In this document: positions 23,820 through 35,966 of the stretch, piece by piece
How the letters are laid out: each line of letters opens with the position of its first letter
How positions within the stretch are numbered: position 1 is the stretch's first letter
From: Eledone cirrhosa
Lineage: Eukaryota
Direction: 5' to 3'
DNA length: 64,000 bases
NCBI GenBank assembly: GCA_964016885.1
Contig: OZ024760.1
Coordinates: forward strand, 5,456,001 to 5,520,000
Made by a program: the position numbers and the translations under genes
Notes under the pieces: model-generated
The model's input: the letters and a program-made list of their open reading frames with translations, nothing else
Databases searched by the model: none
Told to the model about the DNA's origin: nothing

Positions 23820-24210
23820 TCAATTACACCTCTCAAAGGCGATGACACATGACCGTGACCTCTGGCGTCACGCAGTAATACAGAGTACCCGACCTCCCGT
23901 GGGTACAAGCTGAAGCATATAGACAATATGCCCCCACACCCCCCACTGCAAGGTGGTCGTGGAGGTGCCATGGCAAAAAAGCACCCAGCCCACACTGTAA
24001 AGTGGACGTGTAGGCACCATGAAAAAGCACCCAGCACTCACTGTAAATGAGGTTGGTGTTAGGAAGGGCATCCAGCTGTAGAAATCAAGCCAAATCAGTT
24101 CCTGTATGAGCAAGGCATGGTCAGCTGACCAGACACTGCCCACAACAGGACAACCCGTCTAACCCATGCTAGCGTGGAAGAACGGACGTAAAACGGTGAT
24201 GATGATGATG
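23820..24210 (+). mobile_element. RTE-related 3' end / SINE-like element with (GAT)n tail (family R)
   Basis: LSKAMTHDRDLWRHAV motif, ttggtgttaggaagggcatccagctgtagaaa, (gat)n tail; near-identical inverted copy at 34049-34447. Confidence 0.75.
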
Positions 24211-24446
24211 TGTGTAGAGGTGCAAGATAATTGCATCCATAGGCGGTATGGCAGGTGAGCACTCAATGCTCTTGCAGAGCAGAGTATTACACCATCAGAG
24301 ACGAGCTTACATATTGAAGCATATCCAGAGTCAGGTTCGATCGATCACTAATAGATCGTTCCTCGAGCTGATCGACTGTGAAAGTTGCAGAACATAAAAT
24401 AATTAATACAAAACGAGAACCTAGGTTGTTAATCATTCAAATTCCA

Positions 24447-24482
<36 letters not shown>

Positions 24483-24654
24483 CATCATCATTTCATTTTA
24501 CGTCCACTTCTCCCTGCTTGCAAGGGTGGGACGGGAACTGATTTCTACAGCTGGATGCCCTTCCTAACACCAACCTCATTTACAGTGAGTGCTGGGTGCT
24601 TTTTTGCCGTGGCATCTCCACGACCACTTTGCAGTGGAATGATAGGGACCCCAG

Positions 24655-24805
24655 TCCCTATCATCTCATTTCTATAGCTGAGTAAACTAGAGCAATGTGA
24701 AATAAAGTGTCTTGCTCAAGGAAACAACACATCACCCGGTCTGAGAATTGAACTCTCAACCTTTCGATTGCAAGGCCAATGCTCTAACCACTAAGCCATA
24801 TGCCT
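24655..24805 (-). mobile_element. CORE-like tRNA-derived SINE (family 2)
   Basis: Reverse complement has tggcttagtggttagagc head and ccttgagcaagacactttatttcac core. Confidence 0.7.
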
Positions 24806-24900
24806 ACATATATATACAAGTTAATAAATGAAACAAACAAAACACAGGAGGCAATTTTATATGATTATATTAGGTTCACGCTTGGCGGAAGTGGAGGAGG

Positions 24901-24936
24901 TTTCAATGTTTTGGACAGAAGTCCTTCTTCAAGAAA
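24901..24936 (-). ncRNA. decayed minimal hammerhead motif
   Basis: Minus strand TTTC-TTGAAGA-A-GGAC(TTCT)GTCC-AAAACATT-GAAA; three transitions from CTGAAGA..GAAACGTT, two of them CpG-type. Confidence 0.4.
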
Positions 24937-25135
24937 GTTCGGATAAGGAGAGAACAGATAGACGTAAGAATAGTGTCAGAACGTTAGGGAAGGAAGTTAA
25001 AAATATATATATGTATATATCATATTAGGTATGAATTGAAGTTGTAGCTGCCATATAGCAGGTACTACTCAAGTTGTTTGAGACAATCACAAAGCACTCA
25101 ATATAGCAGTTATGTTAATACATTACCGTCTAGAG

Positions 25136-25443
25136 CAGTGGCTCCCAAACTGGGGACCGCAAAGGCATAGCCAAATTTTCATGGTATACTATGTTTGAAG
25201 TTTTAAATCTAGGAAGCAATTTTTCCTTGAATAAACATTTAGAAAGCATTGAACATGATAGCAGTTTTGGGCATTTTGATATTACTTAAATTAAATCATA
25301 GTAGAATTGTCATGCATTTCATAAAGGTTTGTCTTTGAAAAATTTTGGAAATGCTGCCATAATATGATAGGGGACCGCGAGCTATCCAAAAAATGGTAAG
25401 GGGACCGCCGAGAAAAAAATTTGGAAAAGTTTGGGAACCACTG
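25136..25443. mobile_element. hAT-Charlie-type MITE
   Basis: TIRs cagtggctcccaaact / agtttgggaaccactg; 8-bp TSD gtctagag/gtctggag matching the NTCTAGAN target preference. Confidence 0.85.
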
Positions 25444-25857
25444 GTCTGGAGTAAACACAACAGATAAAAAGTGTGACACCAAGGAAAACGACCAAAGGCA
25501 GTGGCCATACATATATCACAACAAGGATAAATACAGGTTGAAATATATATATATATATAGTGATATGTATGTATGTGTGTGTGTAGAGAGAGAATGGTGA
25601 TGGAATGGTGGATGGTGTGGTGTGGGGGGAGTGGTAGTTGAGTGGTGGGTGGTGTTCAGCAGTGGGTAGTTGAGTGGTGGGTGGAATGTTAAACAAGAGT
25701 GCCATTGTTCCAAATGTTTCTATCATGGAGTCATTATTACTTCATATTGTTTTCTATGACATGGTTTTGTTGTTTTGCTTTTGATGGTGATGGTGATGGT
25801 GGTGTGTGTGGGGGGTGGGGGCCTGATTCTGTTTTTGCTTTGCATAGCTTTCTTTAT

Positions 25858-26070
25858 AGTAATAATGGTTTCTGATTTAGGCACAAGGCCATCAATTTAG
25901 GGAGAGGGGAAAGTCGATTAAATCAACCCCAGTACATTACTGGTACTTATTTTATAAGTATGAATCAGAGAAAGCTAACCTCGACATGATTTGAACTCAG
26001 AACGCAAAGGGCCACAACTCTATGCAGCTAAGCATATTGTCCGACGCTCTACTGATTCTGCCAATCCACC
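25858..26070 (-). mobile_element. family-1 SINE
   Basis: Reverse complement of head, B box and tail. Confidence 0.8.
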
Positions 26071-26314
26071 AATAATAATAATAATCACTGTTTTACATCT
26101 ATTTTCATTGCTTCCATGAGATGGACAGGCTATCACATGTGATTAAAAATGTCAGGTGACCACCTTGTTCATACATTCCATTTGGGGCCTGGGTTTTCTA
26201 CGGCTGGATGCCCTTCATAATACCAACCACTTTACATATAGTGTACTTGGAGAATTTTCCATTTCTAATTTAGGTACAAAGCTGTCGGGTTTTTTTTTTT
26301 TTTTAGGGAAGTAT

Positions 26315-26884
26315 ATTTCATTAAAAATATGGCAACAAAAGAGTTAAATTACAACATTCCATCATAATTTTATGTAAGAACCTTTATTAAGTTATGTTCC
26401 AAACACCAGCTTAATAATGAGAAAGTTATTACCCCCCCCCCCCAATCTTGATTATTTTCAAAATGCTTTGAAAATCATATGCAGTGCCTTTTGTTAGAAA
26501 TATGGCAGTGAAAAGGTTAAATTAAGACCTTCTATCATAATTTCATGTAAGAACTTTTATTAAGTTATGTTCCAAACAGAATCTTAATAATGAGAAAGTT
26601 AGCTGTATTACTAAAACCTTTCCAAATTCTTGATTATTTTCAAAACACTTTGAAAATCATATGCGGTGTCTTTCATTGGAAATATGGCTATGAAAAGGTT
26701 AATTTAAGACCTCCATCATAATTTTATGTAAGAACTTTTATTAAGTTATGTTCCAAACACCAGCTTAATAATGAGAAAGTTAGCTGTGTTACTAAACCCC
26801 CCTCCAAATTCTTCATTATTTTCGAAATGCTTTGAAAATCATAGGCAGCATCTTTTGTGAGAAATATGGTAACAAAAGGGTTAA
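26315..26884 (+). mobile_element. three tandem ~180-bp copies of a second TTAA-ended MITE-like repeat (P2)
   Basis: Unit ccatcataattttatgtaagaac..gttccaaacaccagcttaataatgagaaagtt..agaaatatggtaacaaaagggTTAA; also near 8455, 44200-45341, 61625 and 62380. Confidence 0.7.
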
Positions 26885-27259
26885 AAATTGGTTCATTGCA
26901 CAGGAAAGAAATTCCTTAATTCCTGAGGAATTTCTGCCCCAATTTTGTTGTTGTTGCTGCTGCTGCTGCTCTCCAAAATCTGTCTTCTTGCTCAATAGCT
27001 GCAGAGATTGATTTTGGCAGAGGAGGAGAGGAAGATATAAACACACTCCATTATGTCATCTCAAAGAATGTAATCCCCCCCTCCTTCCACCACCACATAC
27101 TTTGTTTTCCCCTTTGTTGTTGCTAGTGTCATTCTTGTTGTTGTTGTTGTTGTTCTATAAAAGACCTAGGTTGCTAATTACGCTGTTAATGGCTTATTTC
27201 TTGACAACAGTTTTTTTTTTTACCCCTCCCAGCTTCAAAGGACAGTCACCATTGTCTTT

Positions 27260-27610
27260 TTGCCTTCTCCCTCCCTCATATCCCCTTCCCTCAGCTACTC
27301 TTCCCCCTCTCTCATCTCCCCTTCGCCTCTCTCATTTCGTCTCCCCCTCTCTCTTCTCTTCCTCTACCTCTCTCCGCTCTTCCTCATTTCCTCTTCTTCA
27401 TCTCCTCTTCTCTCTCATCCCCCTTCCCCAACTCCGCTTCCTCCTCCCCTTCTTCATTCTTCATTCTCATTTCTTCCCCTGCCTCTATCTTATATTCTCT
27501 CCCTCTTCCTCCCCCCTCTCTCATCTCTCCCTCCCCAGCTCCCCTTCCACCTCTCATCTCTTTCCCTCCCTCCCTCTTCCTCATCTCCTCCTCTCACCCC
27601 TCCCTCTCTA
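27260..27610. repeat. polypyrimidine (CT-rich) tract
   Basis: Seen directly. Confidence 0.9.
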
Positions 27611-27731
27611 TAATCCCCATTTACTAGTGAGACTCCAACTCCATAGAAAGCTTCCTCTTCTTCATCATCTAGTGCTGCTGCTGTTGTTGTTTAACCCTAG
27701 GCTAGCCCTCATACAGCAAACTTAAATCAAA

Positions 27732-27969
27732 ACAGGTTCACAAACTTTTGGGGCCACTGGCCCCCTCATGGCCACGTAATACCCTCAGCCCCCCCTCCCC
27801 CATTTCCAGAGAGACCTGCCTACACGCAAATTGTAAATAATATATAATAAATAATATAATATATACTGTATAAATATATATTATATATTTTACTATATTT
27901 ATATATAATATGCATCATTTGATATTTAATATACTATTATATTATCTCTACCGGGGTGGGGAACCACTG
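27732..27969. mobile_element. hAT-type MITE related to 6517-6987
   Basis: Ends caggttcacaaact / ggggaaccactg; shares ttccagagagacctgcctaca.gcaaattgtaaat with the 6517 element in inverted orientation. Confidence 0.55.
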
Positions 27970-28379
27970 ATCTAAAATATACCCAAACATGATTTCTACG
28001 GTTGGATGCCCTCCTTAATGCCAGCAGCCACTTTACAGAGTTCACAGGGTGTATTTTATCATGGCGCTGGCACTACCAAGGAAGAGGGGGGAGGGGGACA
28101 ATAGTATCCCCCACCCCTCCTGTTATTGTCATATAGTAGTATTATGTTGTTAGTAATCTGTTAGTGTGTAGTGATAAATCTAGCTTGTGTCTCTAAGTCT
28201 TGTGTGTGTGTGTGTGTGTATGTATCAGTCTTCCATGTGTGCCTGTATGTGTGACTTGCAAGTGTATCCATGTGTGGTGTCACTCAGTCATGTATGTGTC
28301 TGTGTGTTTCTGAGTCGTGTGTGTATCTGTCTCTCTCTCTCTCTGTCTTGTGTGTGTATCTGTGTATATGTGTCTGCGT

Positions 28380-28890
28380 CTCTGTATATATGTATCTCTC
28401 GGTGTATGTGTCTGTATGTGTGTATCTCTCGGTGTATGTGTGTATCTCTCGGTGTATGTGTCTGTATGTGTGTATCTCTCGGTGTATGTGTGTATCTCTC
28501 GCTGTATGTGTGTATCTCTCGGTGTATGTCTCTTTGTGTCTGTATGTGTGTATCTCTCGGTGTATGTGTGTATCTCTCGCTGTATGTGTGTATCTCTCGG
28601 TGTATGTCTCTTTGTGTCTGTATGTGTGTATCTCTCGGTGTATGTGTCTGTATGTGTGTATCTCTCGGTGTATGTGTTTGTATGTGTGTATCTCTCGGTG
28701 TATGTCTCTTTGTGTCTGTATGTGTGTATCTCTCGGTGTATGTGTCTGTATGTGTGTATCTCTCGGTGTATGTGTTTGTATGTGTGTATCTCTCGGTGTA
28801 TGTGTCTGTATGTGTGTATCTCTCGGTGTATGTCTCTTTGTGTCTGTATGTGTGTATCTCTCGGTGTGTGTCTGTATGTGTGTATCTCTG
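28380..28890. repeat. GT-rich minisatellite (gtgtgtatctctcggtgtat variants)
   Basis: Seen directly. Confidence 0.93.
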
Positions 28891-29069
28891 TCTTTTGTGT
28901 ATATCGATGTGTGTGTATGTGTGTTTAATTATACATACAGGCATACTGACGTGCACATACATAGTCACACACAAGGTAAGCAGTTAAAGTAACCTACCAG
29001 TCGAAATAATATTGTAAGGGAGGTAACTAATGTAATACTATACTTGCTTAATTTTGGGGTAAATTACAT

Positions 29070-29372
29070 ACCGTGGCTTAATGGTTAGTGCCAGGTTTAC
29101 AATCATGAGTTGTATCCTTGAGCAAGACACTTTATTTCACGTTGCTCCAGTTTACTCAGCTGTAGAATTGAGTCGCAATGTCACTGGTGCCAAGCTGTAT
29201 CGGTCATTGCCTTTCCTCGGACACCACCAGTGGTGTGGAGAGAGGAGACCGGTATGGATGGGCGACTGCTGGTCTTCCACAAACATCTTGCCCAGACTTG
29301 TGCCTTGGAGAGGAACTTTCTAGGTGCAAATCCCATGGTCACTCGTGACCCAAGGGGGTCTTTACCCCTTTT
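29070..29372 (+). mobile_element. CORE-like SINE (family 2)
   Basis: tggcttaatggttag head; gtatccttgagcaagacactttatttcacgttgctccag core. Confidence 0.7.
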
Positions 29373-29548
29373 GACATCTTTTTCCCTCATATAACACAAG
29401 CTCTTAAACGTTTTTTAGAAGAAGAAGAAAATATATATATTATAAGTTTGAAGAATAGTCAGATAAAATTTACCCAGTTTTTCTTCTTAGTCCGTAGAAA
29501 TTAGCTAGATAAATAACCATTTAAACAGAATATATATATATATGTATA

Positions 29549-29985
29549 TATGGACTATTGCTTTCAGCTGTGGTCGCCCCACAGTGTCAAACTAACTGCA
29601 GAACTTGAAGCAATCCAACGAAGCTACACCAAGAGGATTGCCTCAATGGAAGAGACAAGCTACTGGGCGAGGCTGAAGAAATTAAAGCTTTATTCCCTGG
29701 AGAGATACACTGATATACATATGGAAGATCCTCGAAAGGTTGGCACCAAACTTTGGCATTGAAGGGAGGACCAACATATGAACAGGGCAGCACTGTGTGG
29801 TGCCAAAGGTCTCATGCATTGCATCTAGAAAAAGGACCACATACTAAAATAGCCTGGGGTTCATGGGACCCCGGCTTTTTAATAAGCTGCAAACAAATTT
29901 GAGAGATTTACATGGTGTGCACACCATGTAGAGGTTTTCAAGAGACATCTTGACATTCTACTGACCAAAATCCCAGATAAACCCA
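29549..29985 (+). mobile_element. CR1-group LINE ORF2 3' fragment
   Basis: DYCFQLWSPHSVKLTAELEAIQRSYTKRIASMEETSYWARLKKLKLYSLE..GPRLFNKL..VFKRHLDILLTKIPDKP, with frameshifts. Confidence 0.85.
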
Positions 29986-30007
29986 CAATATATAAACCAA
30001 AATATAA

Positions 30008-30452
30008 TATATTGTTATACTTTGGGTGGTTGGGGGTGGGTCAGGCTGCCAATAAAAACCTGTTGGTTTTCACTTCAATTTATTATAAATTTCTGGTTGG
30101 TTGGTTTGATAACCAGATGGTTTTTTAAAAATATATTATCAAAGCTCTTTTGTCACACATTCTGTGACCTCCTCAGTGAGTGGGTTTTTATTTTGTGTCT
30201 CTCCTTTGTTCTGTCTTACACCATCTTGAAAAAGCATGATGGTGTAGGACAGAACAAAGGAGAGACGCAAAATAAAATCCTAGTCACTGAGGCGGTCACC
30301 GAATGTGTGACGAAAGAGCTTTGATAATATTTAAACCATCCGGTTATCGAACCAACCAACCAACCGGAAATTTATAAATAAATTGAAGTGAAAACCAACT
30401 GGTGCGTGTGTTTTTATTGGCAGCATGACCCTCCCAAAGTATAACAATATAT
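30008..30452. mobile_element. 445-bp foldback with an outward-facing degenerate hammerhead in each arm
   Basis: Arms of ~210 bp; plus arm CTGAGGC-G-GTCAC..GTGAC-GAAAGAGCTT-TGA (30287-30324); minus arm CTGAGGA-G-GTCAC..GTGAC-AAAAGAGCTT (30140-30176). Confidence 0.7.
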
Positions 30453-30711
30453 ATAATACATACATACACATATCTGGTAATATGTTCCCCTTCCTAAATT
30501 GTTAATCTTGCATCGTACCCACCCCTTCACCACATTTCCCCACCCCCTCACGTCACTCCTTCAAACACCCCCTATCCCCTCCTACACTCCCTCACGTCAC
30601 CCCCTCCCAGCAACATACCCACACCTTCACCCCACTCTCCTACTCCCTACCTATTTCTCAATTGACTGCAGTCATTTCTTATGCCATCTCAGCAAATTTT
30701 CTACCCCCCCT

Positions 30712-31500
30712 TACCTCTCTTTCTTTCCCTCTCTCTCCTTCCCTCTCTTTCCCTCTCTATCTTTCCCTCTCTCTCCTTCCCTCTCTTTCCCTCTCTATCT
30801 TTCCCTCTCTCTCCTTCCCTCTCTATCCTTCCCTCTCTATCTTTCCCTCTCTATCTTTCCCTCTCTATCTTTCCCTCCCTCTCTTTCCCTCTCTCTCTTT
30901 CCCTCCCTCTCTTTCCCTCTCTCTCTTTCCCTCCCTCTCTTTCCCTCCCTCTCTCTCCCTCTCTCTCCCTCTCTCCTTCCCTCTCTCTCCTTCCCTCTCC
31001 TTCCCTCTCTCTCCTTCCCTCTCTTTCCCCCCTCTCTCCTTTCTCTCTCCTTCCCTCTCTCTCCTTCCCTCTCTCTCCTTCCCTCTCTTTCCCTCCCTCT
31101 CTTTCCCTCTCTTTCCCTCTCTTTCCCTCTCTTTCCCTCTCTCTCTTTCCCTCTCTTTCCCTCTTTCCTCTCTCCTTCCCTCTCTTTCCCTCTCTCTTTC
31201 CCTCTCTCCTTCCCTTTCTCCTTCCCTCTCTCTCCTTCCCTTTCTCCTTCCCTCTCTCTCCTTCCCTTTCTCCTTCCCTCTCTCTCCTTCCCTTCCTTTC
31301 CCTCTCTCTCCTTCCCTCTCTCCTTCCCTCTCTCATTCCCTCTTTATCCTTCCCTTTCTCCTTCCCTCTTTCTCCTTCCCTTTCTCCTTCCCTCTCCTTC
31401 CCTCTCTCTCATTCCCTCTCTCTCCTTCCCTTTCTTTCCCTCTCTCTCCTTCCCTTTCTTTCCTTCCCTTCCTTCCCTCTCATCTCCTCTCTCTTCTCTC
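30712..31500. repeat. (CCT/CT)n polypyrimidine array, ~790 bp
   Basis: Seen directly. Confidence 0.95.
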
Positions 31501-31699
31501 TCCTTTGTCAACTTTCCTCACTGCCTCCCTATTTTGTTCATCTATATATCTCCCTCTGCCTCTCTACTCCCCTTCCTCCTGCCCTTTCATCACTGTCTTC
31601 TCCATCACCCTCACACTTCCCATCTTGCCACCCTTGCAACAGTTTGTGTCCCTTTGCTAAGGGGACGTAACTCATGAAACCAGAGTGTTACTGTTATGT

Positions 31700-32400
31700 T
31701 GTGTGTGTGTACATGCGTGTGTGTGTGTATGTGTATGTATGGCTACCTGTCTGACTTTGTGTGTGTGTGTCTGTCAGTGTGTGCTCACGTCTGTCTCTGT
31801 GTCTGTGTCTTTGTCTGTCTGTCTGTGTCTGTGTACGTCCGTGTGCCTGTGTCTGTCTGTGTACGTCCGTGTGCCTGTGTGCCTGTGTCTGTGTACGTCA
31901 GTGTGCCTATGTCTGTCTGTGTGGTCTGTCTGTGTACGTCAGTGTGCCTATGTCTGTCTGTGTGTGTCTGTCTGTGTACGTCAGTGTGCCTATGTCTGTC
32001 TGTGTGTGTCTGTCTGTGTACGTCAGTGTGCCTATGTCTGTCTGTACGTCCGTGTGCCTGTGTCTGTCTGTGTACGTCCGTGTGCCTATGTCTGTCTGTG
32101 TGTGTGTGTCTGTGTACGTCAGTGTGCCTATGTCTGTCTGTGTACGTCCGTGTGCCTGTGTCTGTCTGTGTACGTCAGTGTGCCTATGTCTGTCTGTGTG
32201 TGTGTACATGCGTGTGTGTGTGTGTGTGTGTGTGTGTATGTTTACCTGTCTGACTTTGTGTGTATGTGTCTGTCAGTGTGTGCCCACGTCTGTCTCTGTG
32301 TACGTCCGTGTGCCTATGTCTGTCTCTGTGTACGTCCGTGTGCCTATGTCTGTCTGTCTGTACATGCGCGCGAGTGTGTGTGTGTGTGTGTGTGTATGTG
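31700..32400. repeat. GT-rich minisatellite (gtgtacgtcagtgtgcctatgtctgtct)
   Basis: Seen directly. Confidence 0.9.
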
Positions 32401-32791
32401 AACAAAGCCTTGTATACCTTATTCTCTCTCCCTTCTAGAAAGAGAAAGAATGTAAGAAAAAGAAAGAGAATGGCAGGGGGGGAGAAAGAAAGAAAATGAG
32501 AGGGAGGGAGAGAGAGAGGGAGACGGTATCTACCTTCCAGCTGCACCACACCCAACACTTCCCCAACTCCACCACAACCATCACTCCCTCTACCTCTCTC
32601 ACACCCATCAACCCCTCTACCTCTCTCACACCCATCACTCTCCACCACACCCTTGACATATCTTCTGTGATGTGTTGTAATCATCCACTCCTCTCCCCCA
32701 GAGACAAAACAATAAATAACTTAGGGTGGGGACCATATTGGGCTGTGTGGGGGAGTGTGTGCCCCACCTACCACATGCATGTATACACACA

Positions 32792-32878
<87 letters not shown>

Positions 32879-32933
32879 CCAGCAACAGATAGATAGCAGT
32901 AAATTAAAAAGTATATAGTTTGTTCCCTTCCCA

Positions 32934-32986
<53 letters not shown>

Positions 32987-33331
32987 TCGTATGTATGTGT
33001 GTGTATATATATGTATGTATGTATATGTATGTGTGTATGTGTGTATATATATATATAGTGTGTGTATGTATAAGGGAGGTGGGACTGATACACACCAATA
33101 TGGTCTCTACTCTAAGTTGTATGTGTGTGTGTGTATATATATATATATACACACATACACACACACACACGTGCGCACATAGATATAATACACAAGTATA
33201 CAGACCCACATGCACATTGTACACCCAAGGGTAGTTTGAATGTGCCACTGTTTGATGCCAACCCATTTTAAGATATTTTACATACAGAACTACCCACCCT
33301 TAACTCCTCGAAAATAGGTTACCATTAACAC

Positions 33332-33376
<45 letters not shown>

Positions 33377-33626
33377 CACACCCTTTCCGTATTCTGTCCC
33401 CCACATCATACTACTACTACTACTACTCCTCCTACTACTACTACTACTACTCCTACTACTACTACTACTACTCCTACTACTCCTACTACTACTACTACTG
33501 TGTTCTAATCTAAAATCTGTTAGTGTTGGTGGGATGAAAGAAATCCATTTGATATATTGTGGTGGATTATATATATGTATGTAATACATTATTTGCTTAT
33601 AAACATTATATATATATATACATACA

Positions 33627-33742
33627 TTGAGTTCAAATCCCGCCGAGGTTAACTTTGCCTTTCATCCTTACGGGGTCGATAAAATAAAGTACCAGTAATG
33701 CACTGGGTAATTGCTGGCCTTGTGCCAAAAGGAGAAACAATT
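33627..33742 (+). mobile_element. 5'-truncated family-1 SINE in (TA)n
   Basis: Consensus-like body from gagttcaaatcc to agaaacaatt. Confidence 0.88.
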
Positions 33743-34048
33743 TTATATATATATATACATACACAAATATATATTGTACGAGCCAGCAATTGTCTGTGGT
33801 ACTCTCAAGTTAAATCGTGCGAAACCACAGTCGGTCTGAGAGCTGAAGACGTTAAAAGATGTTTGTGTGATCTTGTCTCGTCCATTTTCTTTCTATCTGC
33901 AGGCCAACACACTTCTAACTGCTGATTTTTGTCTTTTGAGTTAAATTTTACCTGATGCTGTTATTGACAACCTTTAGCGCACACTATTGGTGACTTAATG
34001 CACTGTAGAGAATTCTCCCCCTAATAAATAATGCAGTGTCAAGGGAAA

Positions 34049-34447
34049 CATCATCATCATCATCACCGTTTTACGTTCGTTCTTCCACGCTAGCATGGGT
34101 TAGACGGGTTGTCCTGTTGTGGGCAGTGTCTGGTCGGCTGACCATGCCTTGCTCATACAGGAACTGATTTGGCTTGATTTCTACAGCTGGATGCCCTTCC
34201 TAACACCAACCTCATTTACAGTGAGTGCTGGGTGCTTTTTCGTGGCGTCTACACGTCCACTTTACAGTGTGGGCTGGGTGCTTTTTTGCCGTGGCACCTC
34301 CACGACCACCTTGCAATGGAAGGGCGTGGGGGGGCATATTGTCTATATGCTTCAGCTTGTACCCATGGGAGGTCGGGTACTCTGTATTACTGCGTGACGC
34401 CAGAGGTCACGGTCGTGTGTCATCGCCTTTGAGAGGTGTAATTGGGT
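34049..34447 (-). mobile_element. family R element (RTE-related, (CAT)n on plus strand)
   Basis: Inverted near-identical copy of 23820-24210. Confidence 0.8.
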
Positions 34448-34789
34448 AACAATTAGGAAACAATTCATAAAAATTACTAGAGCACTAAAGGTTAATAGCT
34501 TTCTTGCGTTGAGTTCTTCTCTTTATTCTATGACTTCTAATACACTTGCACTCCAACTTGATATTCGGGAAAACTTTGTATGTAATGTGTGTGTGTGTGT
34601 GTTCAAAGCCTTTCCTCACTTAAAAAAGCTTCAAGCACAGCCATTGTTTGATATGTGACATTTTTTGCAATGCATGGCATTGCTGGCCATAGGCAAGTCC
34701 CTAGCAGGACTAAAATGCCACGTCTGTGCTGCCCATGCTTAAGTATCAAGTGATGGCATTACTTGAAATGGAGTTGCAGCCATCATAAG

Positions 34790-34953
34790 TATATATTGTG
34801 TGTGTGTGTGTCTGTGCACATATGTGTATGTGTGTGCACATATGTATTGTGTGTGTGTATATATATATATATATGTATTGTGTGTGTATATATATGTATT
34901 GTGTGTATATGTGTGTGTGTGTGTGTGTGCATGCATGTTTATATATATATATA

Positions 34954-35004
<51 letters not shown>

Positions 35005-35053
35005 ATGCATGCATGTTTATATATATATATATGTGTGTGTGTGCATGCATGTT

Positions 35054-35084
<31 letters not shown>

Positions 35085-35315
35085 ATATATATATGTAGTG
35101 TGTGTGTGTATATATATATATATGTGTGTGTGTGTGCATGCATGTTTATATATATATATGTGTGTGTATGCATGCATGTTTATATATATATGTGTGTGTA
35201 TGCATGCATGTTTATATATATATGTGTGTGTATGCATGCATGTTTATATATATATATGTGTGTGTGTGTGTATGCATGCATGTTTATATATATATATGTG
35301 TGTGTGTGTGTTTGT
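34790..35315. repeat. (TG)n/(TA)n/gcatgcat compound repeat
   Basis: Seen directly. Confidence 0.93.
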
Positions 35316-35966
35316 ATATCATAGACCTCATTATTCTCACTAGTCCTTGTGCTAAATGTAAACCATGTGTAGAAAACTAAACCAACCTGTGGCTAGTGGG
35401 AGGGGGAGGAGTGACAGAAGTAGTAGTTAGTTTTATTCCCACCCCCCTTCCTCCCGCTCTTTTTCCTTCTCTCTTCTCTCTCTATATCTCCTCCCCTTTC
35501 TCTCCTTTCTTTCTCTGTTTACATCTGTCTCCTCCCCTCTCTCTCTCTGTCTGTCTTCCCCTTTTGTCCTCCCTCTCTCTCTCTTTTTCTATCTCTCTCT
35601 CTCACCTCCCATCTCCCCTGTTCCTCTCCTCTCTCTCTGTCCCTATCTCAATGTCCCCTGCCCCTCTCCTCTCTCTCTCTGTTACCCCCCTTCTCTCTCC
35701 CTCTCTTCACCTACTTTCACTTGGGAAACAAAGAAAGTCTCTAAGACAATATCATCAAATCATACCATTTATTATAAAGTGAACTAACACCAACTCCTTG
35801 TCAGAGTTGCTGAAGCTTTGGACATAAATACTTGGCAATATTTATTATATTTTGGCTCTTTATATATACATGTATCTGTTTTTAAACCTCACTGGCGCCA
35901 ACTTTACCTTTCATCCCTGGGGTTTGATAAAATAAAGTACCAGCCAAGTCTCTCCCAAGCTGTGTT

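Noticed and set aside
26816-27046. Poly-Q ORF suggesting a transcription-factor exon
   Set aside because: Poly-Q comes from a (TTG/CTG)n tract and the ORF runs into the P2 repeat; no domain.
30499-31677. 329-392 aa Ser/Leu/Pro/Phe ORFs
   Set aside because: Translations of a polypyrimidine microsatellite.
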